The position numbers and the translations under genes are program-made. 59,930 nt of DNA from Octopus bimaculoides. Taxonomy: Eukaryota. Shown in pieces: positions 11,381-25,079 of the stretch. The stretch covers positions 55,679,064 to 55,738,993 of the forward strand of contig NC_068992.1 in assembly GCF_001194135.2 (NCBI RefSeq), written 5' to 3'. Numbering within the stretch: position 1 is the first letter of the stretch; the number at the start of each line of letters is the position of its first letter. The notes beneath the pieces were generated by a model. The model was not told where the DNA came from and searched no databases. It saw only the letters and a list, made by a program, of their open reading frames with translations.

Positions 11381-12899
11381 AGTCGTAAACTGTCAATCGT
11401 ACTAACAACATATCGCATTAATTATGCATTCATTAAGATAAAAACAATTTCTCATATTTTATCAAGGAAATCACATCCTTTGTTAAACAACTGTAATGCA
11501 ATATTGTTTATTTCAAGTCAGACTCAGACTCATTACTGGATTTTCAAGCAACAGATGAAATATATTTGAAAGTGTAATATTGTATCTGTTCAACATACTC
11601 AAAGAAAAATTATACATCACATTTGACATGTATATCACAGAAGTTTGGTAGTAATCTGCGATTATGTTAATTAATGAAAGAACTGTCTGTCAATCCTGTT
11701 GTCACAGTCATTGATATTGGCATCATGTTTGAAAAGAAGCTAATTAAATCTTTCAGAATTACCAAGTTGATTAGCTTCAGCAATAAAAGCACAACAGAGA
11801 CACGTTTAGTAGAAAACAGAAGACACGGTGTATTTTATTTCAAAGATGACTAATGGTTTTGTCTCTTACAAAAACAAAAAAAAAATTCTAAAATCCATTA
11901 GAAATTTACAGAAACAATGTATAACTTTAACATTCAAATATCTTTTAAAATTGTTTTTGCTTTTTAAGTTCTAAATCAGCTAAACATTCCGAACGTTTCA
12001 CTCTATAATTAGAATAGAATTGTTTTCACCAGTTTTTTTAATGAATTTTGTTTTTGTTTTATATACAGGAAACCACCAGAATATTTGAAAGGAAAGTATT
12101 CGGTATTAAACCAGTGAGGAAGCTTCAATTTAGACAACGAATTTGTTGGAAATACAAACCAATTTTCATTCAAGTCGTACCCTACCGTCTAAAACTAAAT
12201 GACGGTTAATCATTTACAGCCGAGTGATCTGGAGCCTGTATAAAATGAAGTGTTTTGCTCAAGAGCACAACGTACCTCCCGGTCTGTGAATTAAAACCAT
12301 AGTCTTGCGATCGTGACTACAGTGCCATAACCGCTTGGCCATGATAATGATTTGCTGGCTACAAATTTTAACAGTAGTCTATTGTATATTGTATTTCGAT
12401 GCCCTGTACTGGAGCATGGATCGAAAGATGTAGATAATGATTAGAATAGCTATCATTATAATATGATATAATAAATACCAGGAACATTTTATGCGTGAAA
12501 AAATCTATTATCATATAGAGGAATTTTCTTAACTTTTCGCTCAGCATTATCTTCAAAGTTTTCACAATGAATCTGTTGATAGGAGGAATCAATTTTACTG
12601 TTATTGTATGTACTGTTGTTTATTGAGCTATCGATTTAGTCACTTGGTAAGAAAAAGTCTGCGTCCTATCGAAGACTGTCATTCATCTTCCGAAACATGA
12701 TCATTGGAAATTTCTACTGTTCCAAACGTCTTTTAAAATATTGATCATCTTTGTTTTGATGACAATTTTTAACCAGAGGGTGAGACGAGAAGATTCAAGA
12801 CAATCGCATTTACTTGCAAGGTTTAGATTTTGTATTACGAACAATTTTCTTTTCTTTCTTTCTTTCTTTTTTTTTTCAGATACTTTTCTGAAGTGATAG

Positions 12900-14640
12900 A
12901 AAAGGCATCAAGTGTTACTGAGGACAATCCAAGTGCCTGTTGCTTATCCACTCAGTAGCAGAAGTAAGCAAACATCTAAAGGAAAAAGAGCAAAGTTATA
13001 AACAATAGATATATATATAGTTACATGAATCATGGTTTCTCATAGGCAGAAGATGAAAAACTGAAAGCCCTTCTCGGCCTGTGGGTTTGAACTGAAGTGA
13101 GAAGTTTCCCAATTCCAATATTGTCTCAGACTAGATGAAGTGACATATGTCGCCAAGACAAGGATGTTCAATATTTTCAAAAACTTTTGGAACAGGAGAA
13201 ATGGTAATGAATTTGTTTCGAAACATGAATGACAGTTTCAGATAAGATGCTGATTGTATTTTAACAAGTGGTTGAATTGATTATTCAATGGAAAAAAACA
13301 GATACAACAGCTGAAAATTGATTCATTCTGTCAGTAGTATGCTTGTGTAAACTTTGCTGATAATTCTGAACGAGAAATTGAGAAAATTTCCTCGTCTGAT
13401 AATACAATTATAAGACGAATGGTTGATGTGTCAGCTAATATTGAGAAGTACATTTCCAAAAGCATGAACAATTCTGAAATTGTCATTCAAGTTGATGACT
13501 CGACCGACTTTAGTTGCTTGCTTATATCAGAATCTGACATACCATATCCAAATAATTACACAAGTTCCATTCTGCAAGGAATTTTTAAAACGCACCAGAG
13601 GACAAGATATTTTCCATACTTCGCCTGAGTATTTTGAAATACAGATTTGATAGGATTCTTGTACTGAAATTTGAATTATGAAGTCCTAGATATGACAGGA
13701 TGTTTTGTGGGGTTGGTGACCAAAGGAGAAGAATTATTCAAAAAGGCTCTTATAGATGGTTTGATGTTGGTTCTAATTCAAACAGAACATATTATGAACT
13801 TCCTCTGAGTAAGGTCACTAGAAGTATAATTGTATGCTCTACCTTACCGAGACATGGAATCAGAGCACCAGCTAATTCGGAAATCCGAATTTCAATGATT
13901 GTTTCGTAGAAAACATTTAAACCGGACATTGAACTTGTTCTTCTTACACTTCACATTTCCCTTAACGTTTTCGTTGTTGCTGCTTTTATTGTTGGTGCTG
14001 TCGTCGTCGTCGTCGTTGTTGTTGCTGTCACCGAAAGGAACAACACCTATGGTACCGTCAACTGGATGAGAATGACTGGTGTGTAGAGTCAGCAAATTTG
14101 GCCTGAATCTTCGCAATTGAAAACGCTCAATGCAGAACCGCGATAACAGTACCCTCCCAACTACATCAAATATCTGCATCTAAAACCAAAACTTTAGCTC
14201 TAGCTCGGAAGGGAAATGAAATGTACGGCCTCATATATGACCCTCATGCAACACCTCGAAGAGCTCGAACATTATTTCCCATCGATGTCCACAGGAAAAT
14301 TCTACAGGGTTAAAGATGCGAACTCTAGCTTTTCAGATTTGATAGTGGATGAAAATGAGAAAATGGCTCGTAATTCTAGTTATAGCGTCATGAAAATGGG
14401 ACACAAGAATGTGCCAGTGGAGATCTTTTGGGAATAATATAAACAGAAACAGTATCCAAGTATCTACTCATGAGCATCACCCATTCTTCTACAGTTCTCT
14501 ACGACATATTGGTATAAACAGAGAATTTCAATTATGACAAGTATCAAAGACCAAAAGAGAGAAAAGTCCGTTTTTGTTGACGAAAACATGAGAGGTTGTC
14601 TCAAATTAGACCCAATATCAATTAAATAACACAACAAAAA
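12900..14640 (+). pseudogene. Decayed hAT (Buster/ZBED5-ZBED8-like) transposase
   Basis: Fragments SDNTIIRRMVDVSANIEKYI, VIQVDDSTDF, EELEHYFP and a C-terminal dimerisation-like block (EIFWE..YPSI..ASPILLQFSTTYW..QRIS.MTSIK..ENMRGCL). Multiple stops and frameshifts. Confidence 0.8.
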
Positions 14641-14757
14641 CGGTGAAAGGCTAAGTCGACTTCGGCGGAATTTGAACTCAGAACGTAACGGCAGACGAAA
14701 TACCGCTAAACATTTCGCCCGGCGTGCTAACGTTTCTGCCAGCTCACCACCTTAGCT
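14640..14757 (-). mobile_element. SINE family A 5' half
   Basis: Reverse complement of the family A head and B-box. Confidence 0.8.
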
Positions 14758-14929
14758 ACGCATTGGTCAGATATTAGTCTGACCAATACACAGCGCTATA
14801 GTGTGGGTTAATAGAGGTCTCCTATCAACGAGCCGCAAAGAACGAATAAATTTTTAAATTCTATTTCTATTTCATCAACTTTCGCAGTGTGCAGGATGTT
14901 TTTGTAATATATATCTATTACTTAAATCA

Positions 14930-15130
14930 TTGTGCTGGCAGAGTTGTTAGCGCACCGGTCTAAATGCTTAGCGGCACTCCGTCCGTCTTTATGTTCTGAG
15001 TTCAAATGCCGCCGAAGTCGACTACCTTTTGATCTTTCTCGGTCGAGAAAATAGGTACCAACTGAGCACTGGTATTATTTTATCGACTAGAGCCATCCCT
15101 CAAAATATCAGGCCTTGTTTCTATAGTCGA
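14930..15130 (+). mobile_element. SINE family A
   Basis: GCTGGCAGAGTTGTTAGCGCACCGG...GTTCTGAGTTCAAATGCCGCCGAAGTCGAC. Confidence 0.8.
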
Positions 15131-15688
15131 AAGAATTATATATGTACGATATGTATGTATTATAAATGTAATAATTTATAACGTTTTATATGTGTGATCC
15201 TCTGGTCAAATTGACTTTCATGAAACCGGTCCACAGTGCAAAAAAAGTTGGGGCTTTTGGATTTATTTACAAAAACAAAAGTCAGCTTCTTTGTTTGCTA
15301 CTAGAAACAAAAAGATTGTTCTCTATTAATAAGAGCGTGTAAAATCATATTCTATGAAAAGCGAGAAGTCTTTGAGGAAATACATTAAAAGTTGCTACTG
15401 GTTTCATCATATCCCAGGTTTAAAGAAACAAGGGGGAGTACTCAACCAATAATTACCTCCCCTACTATCATGTCTAAGTTTAAGTGCAAAACACTAATTC
15501 CTATCCGCTAAGTTAATGGATATGTCTAATTAAGATGTCAAATTAAGATGCCTAATTAAATGTGCTGTGTAGTTTTTTCGTTACAATCGAATGCCGTCAG
15601 TGTCGGCTGGTTTTTAAACGACTATTTCGTGTTTTTAAATATTTTTCTAAGCAAAATGCTAAGGTGCCACGAGAAGAGCAATGGAAGC

Positions 15689-16947
15689 TGTAGTGAAACC
15701 ACCTCTCTCCGTTATTTATTTACAAATGCGAACGTAGCAGGTAACATCTCTCTTTCCCGCCTTGGACCCGGCTCTTGTCCATCACCTGACTGACTGTTAT
15801 TTGCGCGGCAATTGTCTCCAGTCTTTTCGCGCCAGGGTGCAAACCGACCAATCATGGCCATCTAATAAGGTCACGTGAGAGAGTGTTTTTCTGATCTTTC
15901 TGGAGCCTCTATTTACCTATAAATAGCCTGCTTTATACGCGCCAGTTGGTCGCGGCTTCAGGTCTCTCACAGGTCTGGTCGCTGACCACACACGTAACAC
16001 CAGCCAGCCAGTTTNNNNNNNNNNNNNNNNNNNNNNNNNNNNNNNNNNNNNNNNNNNNNNNNNNNNNNNNNNNNNNNNNNNNNNNNNNNNNNNNNNNNNN
16101 NNNNNNNNNNNNNNNNNNNNNNNNNNNNNNNNNNNNNNNNNNNNNNNNNNNNNNNNNNNNNNNNNNNNNNNNNNNNNNNNNNNNNNNNNNNNNNNNNNNN
16201 NNNNNNNNNNNNNNNNNNNNNNNNNNNNNNNNNNNNNNNNNNNNNNNNNNNNNNNNNNNNNNNNNNNNNNNNNNNNNNNNNNNNNNNNNNNNNNNNNNNN
16301 NNNNNNNNNNNNNNNNNNNNNNNNNNNNNNNNNNNNNNNNNNNNNNNNNNNNNNNNNNNNNNNNNNNNNNNNNNNNNNNNNNNNNNNNNNNNNNNNNNNN
16401 NNNNNNNNNNNNNNNNNNNNNNNNNNNNNNNNNNNNNNNNNNNNNNNNNNNNNNNNNNNNNNNNNNNNNNNNNNNNNNNNNNNNNNNNNNNNNNNNNNNN
16501 NNNNNNNNNNNNNNNNNNNNNNNNNNCCTCAACCTCTTATATACAGACTTTCAATACACTGTGTACCCTAACTGCGAAGTGGTATTTTCTTATCCGTGTT
16601 ACTGACTCTTTTCTATGCTCTGTATCTCTTGCATTCACATACATATATTTGTATACACACTCTTTGTTTACATGACGGCCTGTCTTACATTGTGTTTATA
16701 TGTCGCAGGCACGCACACACAGACACAAACAGTTTCACTTTGTTAATAAACGTATTCTCATTATATATCTAACGGTTGAGTTGTCCTAAGTTCTTATTAC
16801 TGGCACTATGGCTCGTATTCTCTTACGAGGAGCCTTCTTCTATTATATATATCTTTATTTTTGTGTTCGACCGTGTGACGTGGTAAAAAGGAGCCTTTTC
16901 CCGTCTACGTCGCAATCTCCTTTGGTTCGCACGCTCGAAGTATTACA
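15689..16947 (+). mobile_element. Solo LTR copy A (contains an assembly gap)
   Basis: TGTAG...TTACA termini; flanks AAGC/AACC (possible degraded 4-bp TSD). CCAAT 15848, CACGTG 15872, TATAAATA 15918, AATAAA 16745. Inverted homologue at 18380-19342. Confidence 0.75.
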
Positions 16948-17112
16948 AACCTTTCATGCAAACTTCCAATATATTTTGCTTTATACTGAATACTCCCCCA
17001 TAAACGAAAACCAGCAATAACCAGTCCCTTTCAAGCCAACGAGTAACCTGATAAGTGGTGGTTTGATCTGCTGGATATAGCAACTAAATCTCCATGGAAG
17101 AAGAAGAAATAT

Positions 17113-17498
17113 GTTGTTGTTGGCACTCCGTCGCTTACGACGTCGAGGGTTCCAGTTGATCCGATCAACGGAACAGCCTGCTCGTGAAATTAACGTGCAA
17201 GTGGCTGAGCACTCCACAGACACGTATACCCTTAACGTAGTTCTCGGGTATATTCCGCGTGACACAATGTGACAAGGCTGACCCTTTGAAATACAGGCAC
17301 AACAGAAACAGGAAGTAAGAGTGAGAGAAAATTGTGGTGAAAGAGTACAGTAGGGTTCGCCACCATCCCCTGCCGGAGCCTCGTGGAGCTTTTAGGTCTT
17401 TTCGCTCAATAAACACTCACAACGCCCGGTCTGGGAATCAAAACCGCGATCCTATGACCGCGAGTTCGCTGCCCTAACCACTGGGCCATTGCGCCTCC
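17113..17498 (-). mobile_element. SINE family B, full length
   Basis: tRNA-like head GGAGGCGCAATGGCCCAGTGGTTAG...GGTTTTGATTCCC; (CAA)n tail; CpGs intact. Confidence 0.92.
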
Positions 17499-18009
17499 AC
17501 AACGACATACATACATCTATACATGCACACACCTATACACGCGGCTACATTTACTCATGCATATATATATGCATCATATATATATACAGATACATACATA
17601 TATGCATATATGTGCATGCATGCGTGGATACATACACATGCATGTAGAGAGAGAAGGGGGGGGAGTACCGATGGCGATGACGAGCTGCTAGAAAATAAGG
17701 TATTTCTGATTACGAATAAGCATCAGCCGTTAAGTAGACAGGCTAATAATAAACAACAGGTTCGGTGAACAAAAGACATGCTAAGGTAAATAACTCTTGC
17801 TGGTAAAACAAAATTAGTTAGCGTTAATTCTCTCCCTTATTAAGTGTTGCAATCGTTACTTCCCTTTAGCATTTTTTACCAAATAAACGATTTGAAATGT
17901 AAAACAAAAGAACAAAATTCCTCGAAGCATTTATTCGGGCGCTTACTGATCCTGCCATCTTCCACTTTTATTAATTGAAATAAGATACATGCTATATAAT
18001 GATTTCAAA

Positions 18010-18250
18010 TTTTGACACAAAGGGGATGGAACAAGTCGATTACATCGATCCCAGTGTTTAACTGGTACTTATTTTATCGGCTCCGGAAGAATGAAAGGCA
18101 AAATTGACCTCGGAATGCGTGGAGATTGCCAGGCAGGAAAAGATAGGGATGACTCAACCGGTAAAGATGTATATAGAGAAAGTTTTATTAGAGCATTAAA
18201 CTCAGACTTCGGCGGAATTCGAACTCAGATCGTGAAGACGGACGAAATTT
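18010..18250 (-). mobile_element. SINE family A interrupted by an LTR-derived patch
   Basis: Family A core with an insert at 18114-18202 matching 18512-18599. Confidence 0.75.
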
Positions 18251-18379
18251 TAAATCAGTTATTATCTGACAATGTATGACGGATCTTTCAATTCTTTTTT
18301 TTTTTTTTTTTTTTTNNNNNNNNNNTTCACAGCTTTCAATTCTTTTTTTTTTTTTTTTTTTTTCCAACTACAAAACACC

Positions 18380-19342
18380 TGTAGAGAAAAGACCGCGCGA
18401 ACCAAAGGAGAAATGGTGACGAATGGAAACAGGCTCCTTTTAACGCGTCGCACGGTCGACACTAAAATATAAAAATGTTATAATACTATAACATAGACAA
18501 TTCGCATGTGAAATGCGTGGAGATTGCCAGAAAGGAAAAGATACGGATGACTCAACGGTAAAGATGTATATAGAGAAAGTTTTATTATAGCATTAAACTG
18601 TATGTCTGTGTGTGAGTGTGAATGCGACATAATAAAACACAAAAGAGTGTATGTATACAAATATATGTATCTGAATGCAAGAGATACAGAGCATAGAAAA
18701 GAGTCTGTAACACGGATAAGAAAATATCAGTTCTCAGTTAAGGTACACAGTAGTTAGAAAGTCTGTATATAAGAGGTTGAGGCAGAGTTAAGTCACTTGT
18801 CGTGCAGTTGAGGCTTCTATGCCGGGCCGGGCTACTTGATACAGATGGTTTCTCGCAGGTGTCGAATTCTGGCTGTTATTTCGTGGTAAAACAATTCACA
18901 CAAACAGGGTTGAGAAGCTGCGGTTGATGTTGGTAGCTTGTGTACGTAGAGTAGTCGTGTTGACGTTGGCTAAACTTGTAGTAAAAAGTTGAACGATGGT
19001 GTTGATGTCGCCGCTGGAAACTGGCTGGTTGGTGTTACGTGTGTGGTCAGCGACCAGACTTGTGAGAGATCTGAAGCCGCGACCAACTGGTGCGTATAAA
19101 GCAGGCTATTTATAGGTACAAGGAGGCTCCAGAAACATCATAAAAACACTCTCTCACGTGACCTTATTAGATGGCCACGATTGGTCGGTATGCATCCTGG
19201 CGCGAAACAGTACTGGAGACAAATGCCGCGCAAATAATAGTCAGTCAGGTGATGACACAGAGGGGGACCAAGGCGGGAAAGAGATGTTACCTGCTACGTT
19301 CGCATTTGTAAATAAATAACCGAGAGAAGTGGTTTCACTACA
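18380..19342 (-). mobile_element. Solo LTR copy B, 963 bp, Ty3/gypsy-like
   Basis: Perfect TGTAG...CTACA termini; 4-bp TSD CACC (18376-18379 and 19343-19346); CCAAT, E-box, TATA and AATAAA as in copy A. No adjacent PBS, PPT or internal ORF seen. Gypsy assignment is inferred from TSD length. Confidence 0.85.
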
Positions 19343-19421
19343 CACCGTCTGATTCAAGAATTGAACCTACGGCTTGTGATCATGAACCTGTAGCGAGTGA
19401 TTATGAGAAGGCTTGGTGGCA

Positions 19422-19499
<78 letters not shown>

Positions 19500-19999
19500 T
19501 TATTGCTACAGTTGTACAAGGATTCAAGAAAGACAGACAGCGTCAAATTATATGAACGTCGTATTTACAGGAGTTGAAAATCTTGGTGATTAAACTGATC
19601 TGTACATTACTGTAAAAACGTACGCCATTGATCCTTCATCACCTCCGAGCTAGTATATAGCTGTGAAAATAGCTATTAGGAAAATCACGTCGGTTTGATT
19701 ATCCAGCTATGAGGACAGCTTGAGAGGAGAATTTTTCTAGGATTAAAGCGAAGTAAGACCGAATTCTCTCTGAAATATCACGCCAGAATCGGTTTCTTAT
19801 AAAGCCATCACTGCAGGAATTTCTAGAATTATTACGTGAACACTTAACCCTCATTGATTGAAAAAGGAGTCCACATATGTGATAGACGCGTGAATCACAT
19901 ATGCGATCGAAACATCAAAAAGAAAATTAAATCAACCGCCTTAAACTTAGCATTGCAATCACGAAGCTATATGTCACCTGGGCATAATAGCGGGCGGCG

Positions 20000-20419
20000 G
20001 TGGGGTTCTACTCTAGACACGAGACCTGTGTCTGGCAACAGGACTCTGCACCATGCCACACAAACAGGAGAACCCAGTCATGGCTGTCAGACAATTTCTG
20101 TGACCACATCAGGCCAACTAACTCCCCACACTGCACCCCACTTGATTATTATGCATGGAGCACCAGAGATGAAATGAAGGCAAGGATTATGGCAGCATTC
20201 AGCAACTTAAACAAGGAGACCATCCAGAAGAGTTTCAGGAGATTCCAAAGTCATCTGGAGGCCGTGGTTGAAGCCAATGACGATTTTGTTGAATAAATTT
20301 ACTCTTAAATATTTCAAGATATTTTTACGTAATTTTGGTAAATATATCTGTTAAAATGAGATGTTAGTGTTATTTTCATTTTTGCATAATTTAAATGACA
20401 ATTTATTCAATGCACCCTG
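20000..20419 (+). mobile_element. Tc1/mariner (maT/DD37D-type) 3' fragment
   Basis: VWQQDSAPCHT...PLDYY motifs; right TIR ...TTATTCAATGCACCCTG followed by TA; homologous to 26499-27357. Confidence 0.88.
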
Positions 20420-20435
20420 TATATATATATGTATG

Positions 20436-20469
<34 letters not shown>

Positions 20470-21279
20470 NNNNNNNNNNNNNNNNNNNNNNNNNNNNNNN
20501 NNNNNNNNNNNNNNNNNNNNNNNNNNNNNNNNNNNNNNNNNNNNNNNNNNNNNNNNNNNNNNNNNNNNNNNNNNNNNNNNNNNNNNNNNNNNNNNNNNNN
20601 NNNNNNNNNNNNNNNNNNNNNNNNNNNNTATATATATATATATATATATATTACACAATAGTCTAGTTATACACACATATATAAAAAATATGCATATACA
20701 CACACACAATAGTATATATGTGTGTGCGTGTATATATATACACACACATATGTATATGCAATAATATATTCATATTATATATATATATGTATATACACAA
20801 TAGTATATTCATATTATATATATATACTTATACAAGTCTGTTTATGTGCAGATACACACACACACACACATACTCAATAGTATATAATCCAAGGAGAAAG
20901 AAAGATGCAGATTTTGCTGCTGCACCAAGTCTTAAAATTCAAACAATGACACGAGAGGATAACTTACAACATTCAGTAAGTTATCTTCTCTAGCTTTATG
21001 TTGTTATAATAATATCATTATATAATCAATAAAATATTATTGATTTCTCTTATAATTATTGGTTTTGTTACTTTGGCATGGAGCTAACATAATCTAGTAA
21101 ATGATTTAACGCAATTAGATCAATTAGCATAATTCCAATACATGCTACCAGTTTATTTTTATTGAACATGAAGGAATGGAACCTATGTAGAGCAACAACG
21201 TTTGATCTTGGATCTTAGCAATAGGAAAATTACATTAGCCATTTGTGTATTGTACTTGGTGTATATATACCATTGATGG

Positions 21280-21760
21280 GCAAGTTGCTATGGTTTACGT
21301 CTGAGATAAAACCTCTTGTGGACATGTGGTATTTGCTCAGAATATTGACTTCTTGAAAACTGTTGAAAGATGTACAATTAAGGAAATACCCTCCATCAGG
21401 TATCTCCCATACTCTGAACGCCTTGCTAAGCTGGGCATAGATATATTGAAGTTCCGACCTCTGGCACCTGACTTAGCAAACACCCACAAAATTATTAACC
21501 ATTGTGCCAACAACCACATTTAGCACCTTTTTGAGCTCCATGTGTCTAACACACGTGGGCATGCCTACAAAGTCAGAAAGCAGTAGAGTTCCCATGAATT
21601 TTGGAAACATTTTTTTCACACTCAGAGTTGCTGAAGCATGGAACAAACTACCTTCATCAAGTGTTAGTTAGTTGCCGAGACATTGCATCCTGCAAAACCT
21701 CCATGCTTCCTGAAATTCACCAACACTACACTTGATATCCCTGCCTCCATACACATGCAC
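21280..21760 (+). mobile_element. CR1/L2-clade LINE ORF2 C-terminal fragment
   Basis: AQNIDFLKTVERC..LPYSERLAKLG..DLANTHKII..NTRGHAYKVRK..FFTLRVAEAWNKLP (the classic post-RT block), with stops and frameshifts. Confidence 0.88.
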
Positions 21761-21878
21761 ACATGTATATCATGGCGCATACACGGATTTCAAAAGTGAT
21801 TGCAGTACGCACGTTTCATGCTACTTCAATTTATTTAAGTAATGTGAGCATTACCTTAAATGCAATATGAAGAGCAAT

Positions 21879-21929
<51 letters not shown>

Positions 21930-22263
21930 GCACATATATATATATATATATATGCACACATACATACATACACGTGCATGTGTGTGAGTTTGTATGTTAT
22001 TTCAAATAATTTAATATGGCCAAATCTAAATATTTTCTTCATCCATGCAACTGAATTCAGACAAACTGCATGTCGAATCTTAATGATAATGGCATTGTAA
22101 GGATATCAACAAACAAATATATTTTCTATGTAAAACAAAACAAAATAGAAAATGGTTGGTTTTAAAAGAGAATTTATTCCAATAATTTACTTGAATGGTG
22201 GAAAACTTTCTTCAAGGTAAGAAGTCACAAAGAGCCAATGTATGTGTATATAATGTGTGTGTG

Positions 22264-22317
<54 letters not shown>

Positions 22318-22519
22318 AGCATAGGGTGAGTGTGCTATGTATGTATGTATGTACGTATCTATGCATGTGTGTGTGTGCATGTATTCTCTTCCATATGAGC
22401 TAACTCTTATGAGTATAAAGTTATATAATCGGATTGTTACCTAACACTCCATTGCATTCTTTACATGAAACCGATTGGTAAGATCAGCTGGGCTGGATAT
22501 TCAATACAATACATTTCAG

Positions 22520-22570
<51 letters not shown>

Positions 22571-22931
22571 ATAAGTACATGTGTGTATGTATCTATGTAT
22601 GTATATATTATGATTGTGTGTGTGTGTGTGTGTGTGTTAGAAAATGGAAGAAATGCAGAAAAAAAATCTGACCCAAACATTAGTGAATGATTGATTGTTT
22701 AAATGAGACATTATGAAATATTTCTCTACTTCCTAAATCCTAAACTAGAAGAAGAAGAAAAAAAGAAGGAGGAGGAGAGAAGAAGAAGGAGGAGGAGAAG
22801 AAGAAGAAGAAGTTATAGAACGTTCCAGATCTAGCAGATGTCAACAGACATTCAGTTGTTAGTCATGTGTCATTTCCAGTTGCAAATTCAGATCAAAGAA
22901 GAAAGCATACAAGACATTTCCTGATAATCTC

Positions 22932-23148
22932 TAACCCTTTGGTATTTCAAATATAAGAGCTTATTTACTCACTCACATTGGTTGGTTTAATCATGCATTT
23001 ATGTTGCAGCTTTGAGATTCCAATGTGGTCGTTTATTTTGTAGAATGACATTGTAGGGTAGGTGTGAGAGGTTGGACCTGGCCTGTTTGAACACAAAACA
23101 GGTGGAATATTTTGGCTGGATGTAGCCAGTTTAAATGCTAAAGGGTTA
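22932..23148. mobile_element. piggyBac-like MITE (family E)
   Basis: TAACCCTTT....AAAGGGTTA termini; body shared with 29400-29627. Confidence 0.65.
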
Positions 23149-24289
23149 TAAAGAATCATTCCAATATTATGGTTTCTTATTTCTTTCTTTCTTTTTTCTT
23201 GTTGGCAGTGCTCAAAGGGAGAAAAGGGGAGAACAAAAACTATAAAAACCATAAGATATATGTAAAATTATCAGATCAATTCCAAGAATTGTCTTTGGAA
23301 AATTGCAACAAACCAAGTATATTTCCCATAATTCAATGACTGAATACTGAACCATCAAAGACAATGCATTTTAGTATGTTTTTTGTTGGATTTTTTTCTG
23401 AGCATTCTTGTGTTTTTGTGTAGTCTGTATGTTTTAATACAATATGCATTATGGAGTCGTAGGAAGATAACAATTCAATACAAGTGAAATGACAGTTATT
23501 TCTTTTTTTTTATATATTTTAACAATGTTTTATGATAGATAGTGCTTTATGATAACAGTGTTTTATGATAAAAGTATTTTATGATCAAGGTATTTTATGA
23601 TAACAGTGCTGCATGATTAAGAGTGTTTCAAACACATATATACACAATGAATCAATTAGATATCATCAATTATTAATCACACACACACAGAATATTGTGG
23701 TAGAATATGATTATTGATTTCCTACATTGGCACAAAATGATATTTGTAGAGGATGAGGTGTGTAGTCAACTGAATTGATTTTCTCCCCCAGTGTATGACT
23801 GGTATTTGTTTTATTCACACACCCATCTCCCAACCTTTTAAAGACATCAAAACCAAAACTCGACCATACATACATATATACACACTCATATGATATGTAA
23901 ATAAATATGTGTATCTGTGTGTATGTGCATGTGTATGTGCGTGTGTATTTGTAGATATGCCTACATACATATGTAAGTATGTATGTGTGTATGTATACAA
24001 ATGTATGTGTTTATCTTATAGCTTGGAACAGATGACTTGCACTAAAAATATTACATATGTAAATCCAAATACCCAGTTTTCAGTGATAGCTGTTTATAAT
24101 ATAATATAGGTGCAGAATGGCAGTGTAATAAGAAGTTTGTTTCCCAACCACATGGTTCTGGGTTCAGTCCCACTGCATGACACCTTGGGCAAGTGTCTTC
24201 TACACCTTGGGCAAGTGTATTATGTATATAGACGATTGCATGTGTAACAATGACAGGCAAACTCAAACTTAAAGCCAGACAAAATCCCA

Positions 24290-24334
24290 CTATGCTCTTT
24301 GTTGGCATGCTAACGATTCTGTCAGCTTGCCACC

Positions 24335-24366
<32 letters not shown>

Positions 24367-24495
24367 CCTTTCAACTAAAGGCAGAAGGCCTGAAATTTTG
24401 GGGGCGGGGAGTAGTTAATCACATTGACCCCAGTGTTTCACTGGTACTTAATTTATTGTCCCTGTAAGGATGAAAGGCAAAGTCCTCCTCAGCTT
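24290..24495 (-). mobile_element. SINE family A pieces separated by (AAT)n
   Basis: Reverse-complement head at 24300-24335 and core at 24365-24490. Confidence 0.7.
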
Positions 24496-24504
24496 AATAA
24501 TAAT

Positions 24505-25015
24505 AATAATTTTTTTATTGGTCACAAGGACCATAAAGACATTTAGGACAATACAAAAACAAAACGACAGTAGGAATTTAAATAAAAATATGTAAACAAT
24601 AAAAAAAATAACAATTTTCAAAATAATTCTAACAAATTCCCTAGTAGTGGGGAAGATGCCACACAGAGGTGAGCAAGGAGCCCCACAGATCCCAGGTCAA
24701 CCTACACAGAAGGAGTACAATAGCAAATGCTCCTCTCTCTCTCCTCGTTACTCCTCAGACTGCTAATGCCAGCTTAGATTAGGTCTGCTCACTTGATTCA
24801 TCCTTGCTACATTCACTAAACCTTTCAATAAATTTGTTTGGGATCAGCACATTTTTCTCAACCCCCACTTTCTTTTTTTCAGATGGAATTTTAAAAAGTC
24901 AATGAGAGTTTGACTGGAGACAAAAAAGTATTTGTCTTCACTACTATCAGTCTCATCTACTATGCAACTTCTCTCACCAGAGCCACCAGACAGGAAAAAC
25001 TGCCTGTCCTTCTCT

Positions 25016-25020
<5 letters not shown>
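24505..25020 (-). mobile_element. L1/Tx1-type LINE 3' end
   Basis: Minus strand ..QTLIDFLKFHLKK(R)KVGVEKNVLIPNKFIER..NVARM (frameshifted), resembling Tx1-type ORF2 C-termini; then AATAAA and an (ATT)n tail. Confidence 0.55.

Positions 25021-25079
<59 letters not shown>

Noticed and set aside
11660-11745. Minus-strand LLFKHDANINDCDNR, ankyrin-like
   Set aside because: Bounded by in-frame stops, only about 22 codons, weak acceptor and no neighbouring ankyrin exons.
22815-22945. Open + frame NVPDLADVNRHSVVSH... after TAG
   Set aside because: Preceded by a purine tract rather than a polypyrimidine tract, runs into a MITE, and has no recognisable motif.
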